Below are positions 61,572 to 64,000 of a stretch of 64,000 nucleotides of DNA, piece by piece. Both the position numbers and the translations under genes were made by a program. This DNA comes from Selaginella moellendorffii (lineage: Eukaryota; Plantae; Lycopodiophyta). The notes under the pieces were generated by a model. The model was not told the origin of the DNA, did no database searches, and saw nothing but the letters and a program-made list of their open reading frames with translations. Each line of letters begins with the position of its first letter. Position 1 is the stretch's first letter. The stretch is from NCBI RefSeq assembly GCF_000143415.4, contig NW_003314264.1, forward strand, positions 2,117,710-2,181,709. The letters run 5' to 3'.

Positions 61572-64000
61572 GTCTGCAAAGGAATGGTTGTGCTTGTCAG
61601 ACCCAGTAATAAAAAACAAATGATATGGGTGGGGCACTGCATCACTGATGCAGAGGAGGACGCAGAAACTAACTCCTTCAATGTAACTGTGGAGTGGTTC
61701 AAGCCAAGTTCCGGATATACGAAGGATTGCCTATAAAAGAGATGGGTGCTGAATCCAAGGGATCCCAGCATGAGCATATCGGTGGATAATGTTGTGCATG
61801 GTTGGATGCGGAAGCAGAGTGCCACCATCACCTTGCCGGACCATGCAAGAGATGCAGCAAGAGCATTCATAACCCAGGTTCAAGGTGAGATTCATTAATA
61901 TTCCTTTACTAAGTTTCTAATGTATTTTATTTCAAGGTGAACAATCCGAATCTGAATCAGAGGAGGCGTGATGGCATGTGGCCTTACGCCATTTCTAGGT
62001 GAGATGATACAAATAACAAGTATAAATTCTTAGTTGTTCTAGCAAATCTTACTTAAAGTTCAAAGTGAACAAGCCGAATATGAATTCATCGGATTGTTAT
62101 AACAAATTGCGAGGTGATGGCATGAGGCGATACGCCATTTGAGAGTGGTAGCCATTCCTATATGAGGTGAGTGAAATATTTATTAGAAATACCTCATTCA
62201 ATTGTGCACTTCTAAATCTTGGTCCACTCAGTACTGTTTGCATGTTTCTATTTTAATTCTTTCTCTAAAATGTTATTTAGCATGTGGCTTCATGCCATTG
62301 CTCTCCACAATCATGCATTAAATTTTTCTATCCTTGCATAATACTTCTCCATATATATAGCATGTGCGCACATGTGATATGGTTCATTAGGCCTGATATA
62401 GTGTGTGAGGTAAAACAAAGATGATGTGACATATGCATTTACCAATCACACGTGCATAAATCTAATAATATGGCGTGTGGCCCATATTAATGGCACATAA
62501 ACCCATATTGTGGGCTTGCGTGCTTTATGTACCATCATTCCCTTGCAGCGTGTGTGTTGGTTTCCTTTTATAACACAACGAACTCCATATTTTAGGGTGA
62601 AGAGCGTTCTCATGGCAAGCACAAAATCTGTAAGTGAGGTAGAAAAGGAGACGGAGAAGGAGATAGGTGAAGATGTAGAATATATAAGTCTTCCAAACTC
62701 CCCGTACTATACTCCAGGTGATCATTTTTTTGAACAAACGGCAACATTAACAATTATCGAGAACGCCCCAGTAACGTCAGAGACAACAATCCAAAGCAAA
62801 ACAACTGACTCGGAGAAGGATGATAGTACCGCTGAGAGTACCAAAAAGGAGGTGTCCACTAGCGCTTAGGCTTATAATGGCGTGTGCTCTCATGCCATTT
62901 ACTTGATCACCAAATACCTTTTTCCCTTTGCACTAGTATATCTTAATACCGGTCTGAGAAATAGAATGGCATGTGCCCTCAGGCCTTTTACTAAATCACC
63001 TTTGAAAGAAATGCAAGCCTCTATGTCATAAAAAAAAGGTACTAGAGAAATTCCTTAATAATATGAATGTTATTTAGTTTCATGAAAATACACTAAGGGT
63101 CAAATGAGTTAAATGACTTCTCCAGACTAGCAATGCCTCTTGCTACACCTTCACAATTAGATTCGTTAGAAAAAGATAACATTGAATAATATCTAAATGT
63201 TCTCACCATTAAGTTATATGTCTGGCTAATAGGAATGACGTTCATCTTGGAAAGCTCACCACACGCTCAATGAACAAACAAATAGTGTGTGCGCGCATGC
63301 CATCGCTCTTCTTTAGCTTCAGATTCGGCTTGTTCACCTTGACAATGAGATTTATTATACAACCAGATGGACTCAGTCTGGACACAAAGTCACCGCGCTA
63401 GTCACCATGCCCCAGATATGTCTAGCCCCTGGATAAAAAACATATAATTTCACGTCATTTTCAAATACTTGAAAATTTGTACCTAGTCCCATTTTACTGA
63501 ATAAATCCCACTTTAACGAAATAGAGCTTTTGAATAGAAATGCATATACTTTGCACCATATGATAGCTTTATAATAGTATTAGTATTGCCCAATAAATGC
63601 AGAGTGAATATAAAAGCAAAAACGTTTATACAGCTTTTTGAATATATTAGAATGTCCAGGCATAAGTAATAATAAATGTTTTTAATAAAGTAAGCAAATA
63701 TAATTTTAAATATGAATATTAGATGCAAATTATTATTTGGAAAGTTGCGTGAGTAATAGAGAGACCTTGCGTGAATAAGTTAGTGACCCCTCCATCTTTC
63801 TTTCGAGAGTATTATCAAGGGGTTCACTTTCTCTTGATGACGTTCACGAGGCTTAAAAGCTTGAGCCATGGATTTGAAAGCTTTGAGATGGGTTTGAGAA
63901 TTTTGCATCACTTGCTGATGACTTGCCATTTTGGCATTTATATTCTCAGTATCGCCTTGAAGATGGCCTTCTTTATTTTTTGAGGATGGATAATGATGAC

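Larger units (their letters stand above)
43577..61970 (+). pseudogene. Transposase of copy 2, split by two LTR insertions (43577-43830, 51364-53856, 61577-~61970) and carrying nonsense mutations
   Basis: Segments match 24442-27580; stops at about 51947, 52574, 52691, 52760 and 61734. Confidence 0.9.
34316..63529 (+). mobile_element. Sola-like TIR DNA transposon, copy 2 (~14 kb without nested inserts; decayed)
   Basis: Perfect 24-bp TIRs AAGCTCTATTTCGTTAAAGTGGGA; TSD TTGA at 34312-34315 and 63530-63533. Confidence 0.9.

Overview
Plant genomic DNA with very short introns (about 45-80 nt) and dense genes. The source is most likely a lycophyte such as Selaginella; this is inferred, not verified. 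Bases 1-5.5 kb hold four host genes: the 3' end of a CIPK, NC2alpha/DRAP1, a DPB3/NF-YC13-like histone-fold gene, and an M18 aspartyl aminopeptidase. The rest is a nested transposon cluster around one AT-rich B-lectin ORF. Two candidate novel systems stand out. (1) A ~13-14 kb Sola-like TIR DNA transposon (two copies plus a MITE, 4-bp TSD). Besides its transposase it encodes a divergent 11-exon, ~1640-aa cargo protein with a ParB-like domain, a degenerate beta-class DNA-methyltransferase-like region and an FCP1/HAD phosphatase-like domain. Each copy carries 20 or more copies of a 22-bp palindrome (ATGGCRTGNGGCCNCAYGCCAT), many inside its own introns. (2) A recent Ty3/gypsy chromovirus whose integrase is split by two GT-AG introns, so functional integrase needs splicing while the integrated copy kept the introns. 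Non-coding LARD-type partners share its PBS, PPT, LTR core motif and a covarying multi-hairpin RNA element with twin tRNA T-loop/B-box motifs. All domain calls come from reading motifs by eye; no searches were run.
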